The notes: generated by a model not told the origin, from the sequence alone. Counted from the first letter of the stretch, positions 1-12,223 are shown. The stretch: 64,000 bases of DNA from Lepidodermella squamata (GCA_047495785.1 JBLDXI010000032.1:1116001-1180000); one strand, 5' to 3'. Numbers and translations are program-made.

Positions 1-280
1 AGGTTAAAGACAAACCTCTACGAGTAAGTTCAGCGATGTAAATGGAAAATTTAGTGATAACTTGCGCCTACCACAGTTACTGGAGTGCTACAAGTGAAGA
101 ACAAGCCGAAGTCTCACAACAGATCTTGCAAATGAAATCAAAATAAAAGCTTTAAAACGATTTCGAGGCAAATCTTCGGCGAAAATGAAAATGAAATTTC
201 CCACGCATGAATGCAATGAGAGAGACTTCTTTATTATTTTGTTTCGTTCGACGACGTCAACTGAGTCTTTTTTGTTGAAA

Positions 281-445
281 TGTATGTATGTATGTATGTA
301 TGTATATTAGCGTTGGATTCGCACTAAGGCGGTCTTCCATCCAACGGACGCAGATGGGCGCGTCGAGGTAAGGTGGCGAGTTACATCTTCTTTGTGTAGA
401 CGAAATCGTCCACGTATTCTGCTTTCAGCAGTACTTTCAGGAGTT
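281..445 (-). mobile_element. 3' end of a 5'-truncated LINE-like retroelement with (TACA)n tail, copy 1
   Basis: About 160 bp nearly identical to 5725-5884. On the minus strand a reading frame ends ...AEYVDDFVYTK(K), followed by a short UTR and a (TACA)n microsatellite tail. Confidence 0.55.
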
Positions 446-847
446 AGCGAAACTCCTAAACTTGAAAATAACCCGCCAAAAGACGTTCTTGGTTTTCAAA
501 TGAAATAAAATAAACAAGAATTTTTTAATTACGTTATATTATAATGCTAAAATTAATTGAATAATGAAAAAAGCACAGCCTAGCACGCCGACGGCCAGCA
601 CGACCGAGCACGCCGATCGCCGAGCAAAAAAAAACGTGCTAGCAAGCTTGCCTTCTTTCACTTTCATCAACTTGATCTTGCGAAGCATACTTGCGTGGAA
701 AAGTCTTTGTAGTCTGAAATCTGAATAATTTGAAATTTTCTATTGGTTAAAATAAGTTATTTTTTCCAACAATATGGCTTTTATTGCATAGGTTTTTCAT
801 TTGTATTTTGTACTTTTGTACTTTTGTACTTTTGTACTTTTGTTGTA

Positions 848-2898
848 ATGGCTGAATTTTTCCGTGGTGTTTTGCCGCCGGCCGTTGGATCGCGTGCTCT
901 CGCCAACGATGGCGTGGTCAACGACGGTGTGGCCATCAGCGGCCATCAGCGGCAATCAGACGATTTGGCCACCATCAGCGGTGTGGTCATCAGCAGGGAA
1001 CAGCACAACTCCAACAGCACAACGCTTGTAGGTTTCATTTACATTTTTTTATTTTTGTTACCATTTCGAATGCTCTTGATCATGCATTAAACAACTTTTG
1101 ATACTGTTTCCTTCAATTGAGCCTTTTCCATTCATCTGTTACATAATACTGTAAAGCCATGAATTTCTTGTTTAGCGAATTTAATTTCTGCGTGACCGAT
1201 TTTTACACCCATTTGCAAAAAGTCCTCGTAGGACATATGATTTTACATTATTTGTATTGCATTTATTTGGAGTTTATTTGTATTTTCAGGAGCATCAGTA
1301 TTTCTACATAGCGATAATCGCCGTCACCAGCGTAACCGGAGCTATTGTGATTTGTTGTTGTTGTCTTTACATATTCACAAAAACCAGAGCTCTACGTGCT
1401 CGAATCGTCGGTAAGCTGTAATTAATTTGCTTATTTTTTCATTCATGCTTTCTACTTCAGGCTGCCTCCGAGAGCGCGCCTTTGTTAGCGTTGACATTGG
1501 TTTGTTTGTTTTTGGTTGCTAGATTCTTGTAATATTTTTTTCAACTCTAGAAACGATTCGCGGCGCGGTTTCGCCTTTGCTGGATAGGGTAGCAACGCCG
1601 TTTCGGCGTGCGTTCGCTCACCTGAGAGATGCTGGGCCATCCGTTGCTGCTGCCTCACCGGATGGAAACATTGGTAAAAGCTGAAACCCGAAATCGTAAT
1701 TATCATGATTATTCGTTTTTGCAGAATCTTGCGAATTTAAGGAGCCTGATCATCCTCAAGTGCCAGGTTTTGATTTGATTATCACACATTTCATTTGGCT
1801 AACATTGTTTTACCTAGGATCTTCTGAGATTGGGCCAACTCCTCGTGTCCCCGTGAAGCATGCTCGGGTCTGCGATGCCGATGCGAATGCCGCTGAACTC
1901 CGCGCCGCTAATGCCATGCGGCTCTTTCACATGGCGGAAGAACAGCGTGCCCGCCAAGAGGCGGCTACGCATGAAGCTGTACATTACGCTCGCGCGGCAG
2001 AGGCCCGTGCGGAGGTTGCCAATGCGCGAGCTGCGGCTGCCGAAGCACGGGTCGCTGCTGCAGAGGCGCAAGTTGCCGAGGCGATGGGCCTTCTACATGC
2101 CATCGAAAATGCGATTACCGCTGAGCAGCAGCGGCTGGCTCAGTTACATGCTCAGTTACATCCGCCCAATTTCCATCTAACGCCTGGTTAGTTAACAATA
2201 TTTTACACCCTGTTTTTATAATTTATATATTTTTACAGGAGAGGAGGTTTCGGTCGATACAAATTTGTTCTCTACCCCAACGGCTCGCTCGCTCACTGGA
2301 AACAACGGTATCAACGATTTGTTATACTTGTTAATTTTGTTTTAAAGTCTGAATTGGTTTTATAGACCCTACTAATGCTGCGCTGCCACCATCTTCATCT
2401 TCATCATCTTCAACTTCATCTTTACCGGAATGGCGACCCGACTCGTCAGGTTCAGAGTCTGATCATGCTCCGGCTGGTTCGACTGCTTCGACTGGTTCGA
2501 CTGCTCCGGCTGGTTCGACGGCTCCGGCTGGTTCGACTGCTCCGGCTCCGGCTGGTTCGACTGCTCCGGCTCCGGCTGGTTCGACTGCTCCGGCTCCGGC
2601 TGGTTCGACTGCTCCGGCTGGTTCGACTGCTCCGGCTGGTTCGACTGCTCCGGCTCCGGCTGGTTCGACTGCTCCGGCTCCGGCTGGTTCGACTGCTCCG
2701 GCTGGTTCGACTGCTCCGACCGACCAGAAAAACATGCAGGACGCTACAGCCGTTCGTTGCTACTGCAAAACCGGCTGTTTAGCCCAGTGCGGCTGCCGCA
2801 AAAATAACCGGCGTTGTAGCCCGGCGTGCTTCTGCGTAAGGTGGTTTAACTGTCAAAACACTGTGACAGTTAAACCACCTTGCGCAGAGGGCAATTAG
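848..2898 (+). CDS. Multi-exon orphan single-pass membrane protein: TM + Cys cluster, Ala-rich coiled coil, APAGST repeats, C-terminal CXC (tesmin/TSO1-like) motif
   Basis: Exons approx. 848-1027, 1290-1410 (EHQYFYIAIIAVTSVTGAIVICCCCLYIF), 1461-, 1551-, 1724-, 1819-2186, 2239-2307, 2366-2898 with GT-AG introns. It ends RCYCKTGCLAQCGCRKNNRRCSPACFCVRWFNCQN...*. Confidence 0.65.
2467..2718 (+). repeat. Coding minisatellite, about 12 units of 18/24 bp (gctccg[gctccg]gctggttcgact = AP[AP]AGST)
   Basis: Directly visible tandem repeat, in frame with the last exon of the 848-2898 gene. Confidence 0.9.
2831..2888. repeat. 25-bp near-perfect hairpin with 8-nt loop
   Basis: tctgcgtaaggtggtttaactgtca / tgacagttaaaccaccttgcgcaga, one T-G mismatch. 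Confidence 0.9.
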
Positions 2899-3304
2899 AT
2901 TGGTTTGATCTTTGCTCTCAGATCGCGTGCTCTTCAGTCACAGAACCATTAGATTTGTCAATTAAATTGCTGCGACATTCATAAAGTTGAGCATGCTGCT
3001 CAGTTTCAAAAATTGATTTGCTCCTCAATCTTATTTTTGATTGTAGATTTTCGATTTTTTGAACGATCATCTTCTTCTTATTTCTTATTTTTCTTCTTAC
3101 TCGCTGCGTTAATAAATCTTCAGCATTCTTCGCATTCTTCAGCGTTAAAAAACGCTGCGTTTGCTTATTATTTCTTATTTTTCGATGGTTTTAACTCTTG
3201 ATCATTTGATACTCGCGCCTGAAAAACTATTGTTTTTGACCGGTTTCGACTCTTACTTACCGTGATGCGGATAAATAAATACTACAAAATATAACTGCTC
3301 AAAT

Positions 3305-3450
3305 GAGACGTGGCAAGCGATTTCGGCCCTATCTCTATCTTCGCAGTCATTTGAAAATTGGGTGTTGCGCAATAATGATTATGCGTCAGCTGTTGCCTTT
3401 TCAAATGCCTGTGAAGATAGAGATAGGGCCGAAATCGCTTGCCACGTCTC
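3305..3450. mobile_element. Sola-like non-autonomous MITE (GAG...CTC termini, AAAT target-site duplication)
   Basis: About 38-bp perfect TIRs gagacgtggcaagcgatttcggccctatctctatcttc. AAAT occurs at 3301-3304 and 3451-3454. A 4-bp TSD with GRG/CYC ends is typical of Sola. Confidence 0.8.
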
Positions 3451-4320
3451 AAATGAATAATATCATAATATGTCGCCTAGTTGTTTCGCAACGATTATAA
3501 CTCTTACGCCTGTTATACAACTTTTTCATCTTCTTCCTTCGTCTTCGTGGCTGCCTTTTCCTTCGTGCCTTTTTCGTCGTGCCTGCCCTAATTTGATATT
3601 TTTTCATCTTTTTGACTCTTGCTCGTATTTTTGTTACTGCTTCGAATCAAAACTCTTGCTGTTACGAGTTACGAGTTAGTTGTTGTTAGAGTACTCTTAC
3701 TACTCCTGTTATTGCTTGACACTGTTTTGGCTCATACCTTACATCAAATTGCTCAAATTGAATATTTAGTCAAATATTTGGAATATGAATAATATTTAGT
3801 CAATAAATAGTACGATTTGGTAATTTGATAATTGATCTTTTCATTGTTTTTCATTCGAGAATCGGCGACTTTGCTGCCACAGGATGTACCATATATGCCG
3901 CAATAACATGCCATATATGCGCGGGGAAGTCGAATTTTCCTCATGAAAATGACCCGCGCGATTGTTCAAGTCAAGTTCTTAACATGAGCTGTCGATCGGT
4001 TCACTAAAGTGTGCCATCTTTCAAATATTGGCACTGATCGTTCTATTCATTTTGGCAATGCGAACATCAAATTCAAATCGAAAAATAAGTTCTCCCACGG
4101 AGCCGTCTGAGTCATCCCATCATTATCGAACAAGAAAATGAACCTTTCTAGCTGCAAACAGTGAATTTATTCTCAACTCCTCAACACTTCATCAACACTA
4201 TAATTTTAACATAACATAACTATATAATTTCAACACTGTAATTATTGTTCTAAAATATTATAATAATGAATGCTCTGGAACAGCGCATAAATCTAACGTT
4301 TAGGTAGAGCAAAATAATAA

Positions 4321-5127
4321 TCAAGTTTTCGAGTTACAATAACAGCAAAACCACTTCAGCTTTACGATTGACTGAAATTGCGAGAACTCGCGATTGGTCA
4401 GCAATGAACAAGTTTTGTGAAAATACATATGGCAACAAGAGCACTCAATAGACAATTGTTCTTTTCGCGAATTAGGGTGGCTAAGATCTGAGAGACAGGC
4501 TCCGCAAGGCCATTGATATTTCAACTTTTTTGAGATAGATACAGGAAAATGCCGACATGACCGTTTGGTGAAATTTTGAAGAACGTTTGATGACGCTGGA
4601 CGGCGCCTATTGAAGGAGCCTAGGTCTCGATGTAGCAGCTGCCTTATGAAATCCTGAATCCGATCAAGGCTTGGAGTCGTTAAGAACGGGTTGTTTTCAT
4701 TCATGGCTGACAACTCTTCGTGTATTTTCGAAGCTGTTTTTAGCCTGAAGTTTTCTTCTATAAACGCCTTACTGCCAACTGACATTCGAGAGATTTGGTA
4801 TGGTAATGGATGAGTTGGATGGCTATTAGCAGAGCGTTGGAATATCATTTCTCCGTTATCATAAATCGTCAATAAGGCCGTAGATCGACACTTCTCACTC
4901 GTTGTTTCGGCTAAGAACCTCCCATACCCCCTACAGCGAAAATAAAAAGAACGTCTTCCAGAACCTGAAAAAGACTTATTATAATTAATCGAATATATCA
5001 CATGTCCTGATTCCCACCAAGTTTTCTGGAATAGGTGAATTGAAGTTCTGGATAATTATCTTGTATATACTTCTTAGCAGCTAGAATTGAAGCACCAGCA
5101 GCAAATTTTACTTGGATTACATGCATT
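4321..5127 (-). pseudogene. Transposon-derived FLYWCH/WRKY-like Zn finger + PHD finger ORF, probably frameshifted at the 5' end
   Basis: YFRC...KCRSTA...HPTH (FLYWCH/WRKY-like) and CGAC...IECSCCHMYFHKTC...WFCCYC (PHD). The upstream ATG at about 5125 is in another frame. No DDE core is present. Confidence 0.55.
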
Positions 5128-5469
5128 TCGATTTAAGTAGTATTAATCATCCCTAGAAACTAAGAAGATGTGACAGGCGCAAAGAAGCCGTGCGCAAAAA
5201 GCATTAGCAAAAAAATCAGCAAAAAAATCAGGAAAGTTGGAGGGCGCCACAACAGCCTATAATCAGTGGCTTTTCCACTCACTCAGCGAAGCCTACAAAC
5301 GCCGTCGTAGCAAGAAAGCTACCAGAAGACTTATTTGGAGAATGATTTACAAAAGTAGAGAATATTTACATGAGGTAATTCCACGGAGCCAAAAATAGAG
5401 TATTATTTAACGCCGGAACTATAAGACACTACTATACTTCCAGAACTATAAGAAAATAAAGTGTATTAT

Positions 5470-5724
5470 CATCGGCTTGACTAGCGACGAGGGTGCCTCG
5501 TGCCTCGGGGTCTCAGGATCCCTGCTGCACGTCCACATGGTTTTAGCCGGGTGGACCAGTCGTTTGCCTGGCACATTCACCCATCGCAATCGCAGGAGAA
5601 CTTCATCAGGACTGACGTCGAGAACGGCACGAACGGCTTCGTTTTGCGCGTGTTGAAGACGATCCAGCTGGGTCTTGCAACCTTGATCGATGACGGCGTC
5701 GCAGTAGTTGAACTTCGACCCATC
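5470..5724 (-). mobile_element. CR1/L2-like LINE ORF2 C-terminal fragment
   Basis: NYCDAV...DRLQHAQNEAVRAVL...LLRLRW...RLVH...MW matches the post-RT region of CR1/L2/Jockey-group ORF2. Confidence 0.65.
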
Positions 5725-5884
5725 ATGTATGTATGTATGTATGTATGTACGTTGGATTCGCACTAAGGCGGTCTTCCATCCAACGGACGCAGATGGGCGC
5801 GTCGAGGTAAGGTGGCGAGTTACCTCTTCTTTGTGTAGACGAAATCGTCCACGTATTCTGCTTTCACTAATACTTTCAGGAGTT
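5725..5884 (-). mobile_element. 3' end of LINE-like element with (TACA)n tail, copy 2
   Basis: Near-identical to 281-445. The minus-strand frame ends ...DELLKVLVKAEYVDDFVYTKKR*. Confidence 0.55.
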
Positions 5885-6173
5885 CATCTCTGAGGATCTT
5901 CGGGTTCTTCGGATTCTAGCAGCACGAAATCGAAAGCTGAGATGGTGAGCTTGTCGAGGGATCAATTCATTTTTAGAAGCTTTTTAATCTTGAAGTTTAT
6001 AATTTCTCTTTCAAAATGAATATCAAAATCTTTCAAGTTATGAATGTAAAATTACATTTTACCAGATTTTTATTCTCTAATAAGGGCCTTGACAGAACAA
6101 AAGCTTCCTTTGTCAATCATCCACTTTTGGCGCGCTTCGTCTTGCGTTCATTTTTTCGACTCCTTGTTGCAAA

Positions 6174-7848
6174 ATGAATGCTACGACATATTATCTGATA
6201 ACAATTATCGCCATCTATGCTCATGTCGATGGAAAAATTGAAAAACGCACGGTGAAACTATCTCCTGTTTTGGAGAACCCTCTTGCTGATGCGCCAGATA
6301 TCGACTGGGAAAATGTGACGGATGGGTTTTTTACCGGGCCAGTAAATACCGAGTGTGAGACAGTAGCTTACATTTGGGGTAAGTATTTGGATTCATTTTC
6401 GAACATTGATCGCTAAAAAACATGTTTTTCTCTAAAGAGGGGCATTACTATCTTGGAAAACTTATGGCTGTAAAAACGGGCAAAGATAAACGAGACTGTG
6501 GAGATAAGGTGAGCCCTTTAACCTGACTTAAACATCATTGGGTTCGTTTTCATGACTCAGATCATCAAAGATATGAAGGAGGTTGTCAAAAAAACATTTC
6601 CTCTCACTGCAGATGATTTGGTGAGCAAATTATTTTAGTGAACATGAGTTAACTCAAGTGAATTTTATTGTTAGAAATCCTACACTTTCCGGATTCTTGT
6701 ATGTATCAATCCCTCTTATGAAACTGCCTGCAAAGAGGGAGCTGATATTTTGGCTTGTATGAAGGTTATTTAATTGCTTAATCTTTCAATTTGATGAATT
6801 TCTATTAAAAGGCCTTTGACGAGAAGAATACTGGAAACTTACTCCCTGGATTGGTATGTAATAAGCATTTTTCCAGAGCAGTTTGCTCATTTGATTTATT
6901 CTCAGATATCCATAGCTTACTTTATCGACTTCGCTGAGGACACAAGCTGCATGCTGCGTAGCTATTCGAAGGTGTGGCTTACTCAAACGCTATGGGATCT
7001 CAGTGTTTCCGTTCCGGTGAGAGAAATGTTCACAAACTGGATACCAAGTTTAGTCAGGGCCATTTCTCTGGCTTATACCCCTATTCAATCCACGCTTGAA
7101 TATTTTGCGAAAAAATCCACCCTGGTCCGGGAAGTTTTAGCTCAGGTACGTTTCTGGCAAACGATGATCATAATTTTGACTTTAATTGTCTTAGATTTCA
7201 ATTTTTATCATCAGAAGTCCGAATTTTTCAGCCTATCAGTGCTATTTCTACATCGTGGTAGCTTTGTATCTATTATACCAATATTACTACTCGGGATCAG
7301 ATTCTATGCGAAACAGGCTACTAATGCAACTAATGCTACTGGCGGTCTGCGGTGCCTTGGAATTAGTTGTAACAAGCTATGCAACCGAGATAAAGATTTA
7401 TGACACGGTCATAGTAACCCAATTTGTCGCTCTATCGCTGCGTTATTTATATGTGAGCGAGCTATATCTTAACCGACCTCTGATGTGGTATTTATCTCTC
7501 ATTTACATCTTATCTTTTTTGGCTGTTGCGCGCATGATTGAGAAATACATGAATAGAGAAGATGGTGGTGGTGGTGGTGTGACAAACGATTCAGACCGTG
7601 AGGTTATTGCTACTAATAAAATTGAGCCCATAGTTAATTTGAAAACTACTGAAACAAGTAGCAGACTAGCCTCCGATCCATCTTCGTCTGTCTTGCGATC
7701 TGGAAGAAGAATCGTCCATAGCGAAAGCAGTCGTGTCATTGCCGAAGAAAAACGTGACGTGGGCAACAATGAATCGTCATCTAAGAGCGAAGAAAGTCGT
7801 TCAAGTATTATTCAGCCTTTGATCAATCGCTTTCGGCCATTTCGATAG
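6174..7848 (+). CDS. Orphan signal-peptide, multi-pass membrane protein (about 7 exons)
   Basis: Signal peptide MNATTYYLITIIAIYAHVDG. Exons 6174-6378, 6438-6508, 6561-6620, 6675-6764, 6812-6853, 6906-7145, 7195-7848 can be joined in frame. About 4 hydrophobic helices precede a Ser-rich tail. Confidence 0.6.
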
Positions 7849-8221
7849 TATAGATCTTGCTACTTTAACCAGCAACAAGGAACTCTTTAGCAAGGAACTC
7901 TAGCATGTTGTAGGTAACCTAAGGAAATCTCCGCCTCTGGCTTTTTATTGATAATTGATATTGATATTTGATATTGCAAAATATTGCGTTTTATTAGTAG
8001 TCCTTTAACTCTTGTGCGCGAATCTAGCCAATTAATTATTATTTTGTGGTTATCATCTTCATTTTTCCTTTTTGCACGCCTTCTAAGAATGTAAATTCAC
8101 TGTCAATTATAATAAAATACAAGTGTGATCTATTATTTGATAATTATAGCTACCCACAACTAAGAAATAAATGTTTAATTTTCTAAATTTCTCTCACATT
8201 TTAGTCAGTTTTATTTATCGT

Positions 8222-9726
8222 ATGGCATACCGCAAATTTCACGCAGAGTTTAATGTTCTAACGATAATTTGGAGCTCAGCAATTCTATCTGAGGCATTCT
8301 GTTTAACAACCAACAACTGCGAAAATTTCGAAGAAATTAGTGTTCCGCCGTGGGCCCTCGTTGAGGATGGGGCATACCAGATTTCCTTTTCAGACTATTC
8401 GCCGCCGATCCCTTCTCAAGTGTGCTTAACTAAGTCGGAATTATGGCAACTTAATTATTTATTTTGGATAAACAAGGTAAGGTTTTGGTTTGCCTTTTGG
8501 ATATTTAATGAAAAACTTTATGCCAGTACCGAATAATACCAGCATCAATACAAGATGTGGCTAAATTGGAGATTTATACTGGCAACGATTGCTCTGAAAA
8601 GCTCGCTGCTAGATGCTGTGCAGTAACTGCAAACCGTCGTTCGCCCGGCATTCTTCAGATTATGTCACTATTTCTACCAAGCTTATTTGATGCATCAGAC
8701 GAGGACGATAAAGATGCCTTCGAGACGGCGCTTGTGTCGGCCTTTGATTACTACAGCATTGCTATATGCCCCTTGAATTCGACTGTCGATCTGCAATTGG
8801 CTGAAAGTTATTTTGATTTTAATAATTTCATTGTCACGCTAACAGGTGTTCTAATGGTTGTAGCATCGAAATGGCTAACTGAAACGAATCTAGCTTATTA
8901 TAGTTTTTGTTCGATGAGCGGAAGTTTAGCGGGGATAGCTGCTGCGTTTTATTTTATATCACAATTGTACAATACTAAAAGGCCTGTTGCCTATGTGTTG
9001 CTGTCATTTATCGCTGGATCATATGCCTCTTTTGAATACCTAAATTATACGATTGATAATGCACATAATATTTTATACGCCTTAATATTTTTGTGTTCTT
9101 GCTCTGCGTTTGTTATTTCTTGGATAAACGGTCCTTTGGTCTCGAGTAGGCCGAAAATGGCGATAAACGTTGTTTTGATCATAACGGGCTTTTTTTTAAT
9201 ATATTACGGAACCTCATTCAAGCCACAACATACAGCGTTATTTTTCGTGCCAAGTTTTACCTTTTTAGTTTATTCCAGCTTAAAGAATACAATTTATATG
9301 AGCCTAGCCCTAATAACTGGAAAAAAATCCGTGGAGACTGGCCCTGGAGTTGCCGTAGTTGGGAATGGTCTTGACGATGCGACAGTTGGCGCTAGCCCCA
9401 AATCTAAAGCCCCTACAGCTGTAGAGACTGAACAAGTTCCCAGCGTGGTAGCTGTAGGTCTTGCAGGAGAAGGCAGAATAGATACGCCGCCTACCAGACT
9501 CATTGCTTTTCCTTATATTTCTGAAGCAGAATTTGAGTATCAAAGTATACAATATACCGCTGAACAGCTAACTGCCTTGCGCAATTTTGCTACCGCTAAT
9601 ATGGCAACCGTAGTTGCTAGGATAACCCATCTTCGTCAATTTATGGCATTTCTAACCGGAGTTAATTTATATGTAGTTAGACAGGAAGCCCAGCCGTCCG
9701 CCCAGGCAAATGATGTTGTGCAATGA
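8222..9726 (+). CDS. Divergent NEMP/TMEM194-like nuclear envelope integral membrane protein
   Basis: Exons 8222-8476 and 8527-9726 are in frame. The TM block AYYSFCSMSG...GPLVSSR...FLIYYG and C-terminal YISEAEFEYQSIQYTAEQLTALRNF...VARITHLRQFMAFLTG resemble NEMP1 LLTEEEY..QGEVET..AL.ELREF...VSRI..PKRFADFVEG. Confidence 0.7.
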
Positions 9727-9857
9727 CGAACATTATTATAATCTCACATGAATATGATTTATAATGCCATTATGATGAAGGTCCCGCAATATTTTTTGCA
9801 TGCAATCTTTGGACTTTCTCAATGTTCTTGCGTTACCTATAAAACCGAAAACAACTA

Positions 9858-10024
9858 CAGTGCAAGTCGTCTAAATCGGACTCGGGTCGCGCTCGGGTCG
9901 CTCGGGTCGCTCGGGTTGCGAATTCCAGACTCCCAAAATCCGTCAGGTTTATACCACCAGACCGGTTGAGAATGAAGTCCACACTTTTGGACTCAAAAAC
10001 TTCCGGTTTAGACAACTTTCACTG
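9858..10024. mobile_element. Tc1/pogo-type MITE (CAGTG termini, TA TSD)
   Basis: ta|cagtgcaagtcgtctaaatcgga ... tccggtttagacaactttcactg|ta imperfect TIRs, with internal ctcgggtcg repeats. Confidence 0.75.
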
Positions 10025-10258
10025 TATATTATAAATATTATACCGATCTCATCTCACAATAAAATTATATTGTATAAGCTAGAAAGTATTTTTTATAAAA
10101 GTTTTCTTATATTTCTTATTGCTTCTTTGTTTATTTCTCCGTTTTCCGCACATTAACCAACAATTAAACCGTTAAACAACTCCGTTAAAAAGTGTGATGT
10201 GCATTTCAGCTATTTAAATTTATTCTAACTTTAGTCGATTAATTTTTTGAGAATATTT

Positions 10259-10597
10259 ATGGCCACAACGACTTGTCGGGAGGCAACGATTGAGGAGATT
10301 GAACGTTGCCGTTTATTCAATCTCGATTGTTCGGGTCTATGCCCCGCCTTTAACCCGACAACGTCGCCAGCCAACAATGTGCCGCCTGGCCTTTCAACCC
10401 CGATGTTGATTGGTCTAATATGCGGGGGGTTAGTGCTTTTGTTAGCAGTCGTGGCCGCGACAGGGGCTGTAATCGTCATTTGTCGGCGCAGGCGTCGTTA
10501 TGCCCCTATCGATCAACATCATCAATCTACAATTCAATTGTGCTTGTTCGCGTCGAACGAACAAGGCGCTGCCGATGAGAATGCTGTAACAGCCTGA
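10259..10597 (+). CDS. Small Cys-rich type III membrane protein, family A copy 1
   Basis: 4-Cys N-terminus, S/T/P stalk, TM helix, RRRRRY, LCLFASNE tail. Paralogous to 12224-12562. Confidence 0.7.
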   Translation: MATTTCREATIEEIERCRLFNLDCSGLCPAFNPTTSPANNVPPGLSTPMLIGLICGGLVLLLAVVAATGAVIVICRRRRRYAPIDQHHQSTIQLCLFASNEQGAADENAVTA

Positions 10598-10810
10598 TCA
10601 AAACATCGACTTTGTTTTTACCTAGTTTTTTATGGCCTTGCCTGTTACTTGCCTGTAACTTAACAATAATTTTTCGAAGAATTGTTCCTTAATTCGTGCA
10701 AAAAATGATATATATTATTGAAATATTATTATAAATATTATTAAACCATAAATAATTGAATTATTTTCGTTTTTTTAGATATTACATTCAATCTCGTATT
10801 ACATTCTCAA

Positions 10811-11021
10811 ATGCCTTGCGTGTCATTTAGTTTTGACGACCTGGTAAAATGCCGCCTTGAATTGTGAGACAACTGTGATAATTTCTGCAATGGGGCGACT
10901 CCCATCACAGAGCCTGGTGTTTCCACCACGTCCGGCGCAGTAACCTCGCCTAGCCTGACTTCTAGCCTGGTTTCTACCACAACACCCACCACACCCGCTG
11001 CCGATACGCCGAAAACTGACG
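10811..11021 (+). pseudogene. Small Cys-rich membrane protein, family B copy 1, pseudogene
   Basis: MPCVSFSFDDLVKCRLEL* with in-frame TGA at 10865. Homology to 12762-13112 ends at ...DTPKTD (11021), before the TM. Confidence 0.75.
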
Positions 11022-12223
11022 AAAAATCTATTGGTCGTTTTTGTCGTTTCAACTTCCACTGCTACTTCCCCTGCAATTGTAAACTTTGGTTACCTGAGTC
11101 AACAGAGATGAAATCTCTCTCTCTCGTTTTTATCGAAATCATTCAACTCCTGGGAGTTCCTGTTCTACTAGTCAAATTGAAAATCGCACAGAGAGCGTAA
11201 AATGCGAGCTTGGGTTCAATCACCACGCTTCATCGAATCAAGAAGAGAGTTCCTGTTCAAGTCTGACTGATAGTCACACATGCCGTAAAAGGCGAGCTTG
11301 GTTTTTGTATCAGTATTAGTCTGATTTAGTCTTCCTCATTGTGTTGGAAAAGAAAAAAAAATTAGTCGGTATAATCGAATTCAGAAACTCAGATGTACTC
11401 GATGTGTTAGATAAACGGAATTTCCATGGCCAATCGGAGACATTTCCGCAATCCGATATACTACAGGATTTGTGCCCAATTTTCAGATTTCTTCACCGGG
11501 GCCAGTGATGCGCGAAAACATTAGCGGCTGATGTGGAGAAAACGTCTTTTCTTTGCGCTTATAAAGCCCCGCTTGAATTCCTCAACTGCTTCGACAACTG
11601 TCGCGTTTCATGACAACTGTCATGTGGAGAACCAGGCCAGACTATTCCAAGTCCTGACTTCGGCCGGACTTCGGAATTTTTAGTAGTCCAGTCAGTAGCT
11701 TCGTCCAAAACGCGTCTGCATATTACGCGTCAGCTTCGTCCTTTTCGTCCGGCTACGAGAAGTTCAGTAGTTCAGCTTGCCAGGAGTTTGCCAAGGTTTC
11801 GATTCTCTAAACGAAAAATCGATTCCATGTGACAAGCATCACAGGTCTGGATATGCTTTTGTATGCAATTTTGATGGTAGAATTGTTTCCGCATTTTTGA
11901 AAATGGAATAAGTTCGCGCAGTTGATTTATAACATGCGAGAACAACGGCCGTGAATACACATACACTTCTCAAAGATTGAAATAGCGGACGGAACCCAGC
12001 TCAATTTGGAGCTTAAGAATTTATAGAAAAATAGCTTATATAGAAAAATGTAAGGGCCGAAAAGTGTGCACTTGGAGAATGCGAGGGACTAGAAAATCGA
12101 ATGGACTGAGTGATCGTGATTTACGAAAAATTGAAATTGCTTGCATATTTAAATTTATCGAATCGAATCAAATTTGTGTTAAATAATTGCATTTATTAAA
12201 TTTTAGTGTTCAATTTTTATTAA

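Noticed and set aside
2467-2718. CRISPR-like array
   Set aside because: No unique spacers; it is a plain tandem repeat in eukaryotic DNA.
2375-2782. Arg/Leu-rich ORF (RLVRLL)n and antisense (GAVEPA)n ORF
   Set aside because: These are alternative frames of the minisatellite. The APAGST frame is the one continuous with the splice acceptor and the CXC motif.
10865-10867. In-frame TGA as selenocysteine or readthrough
   Set aside because: The gene is also truncated before its TM and no SECIS is evident, so a pseudogene is the simpler explanation.
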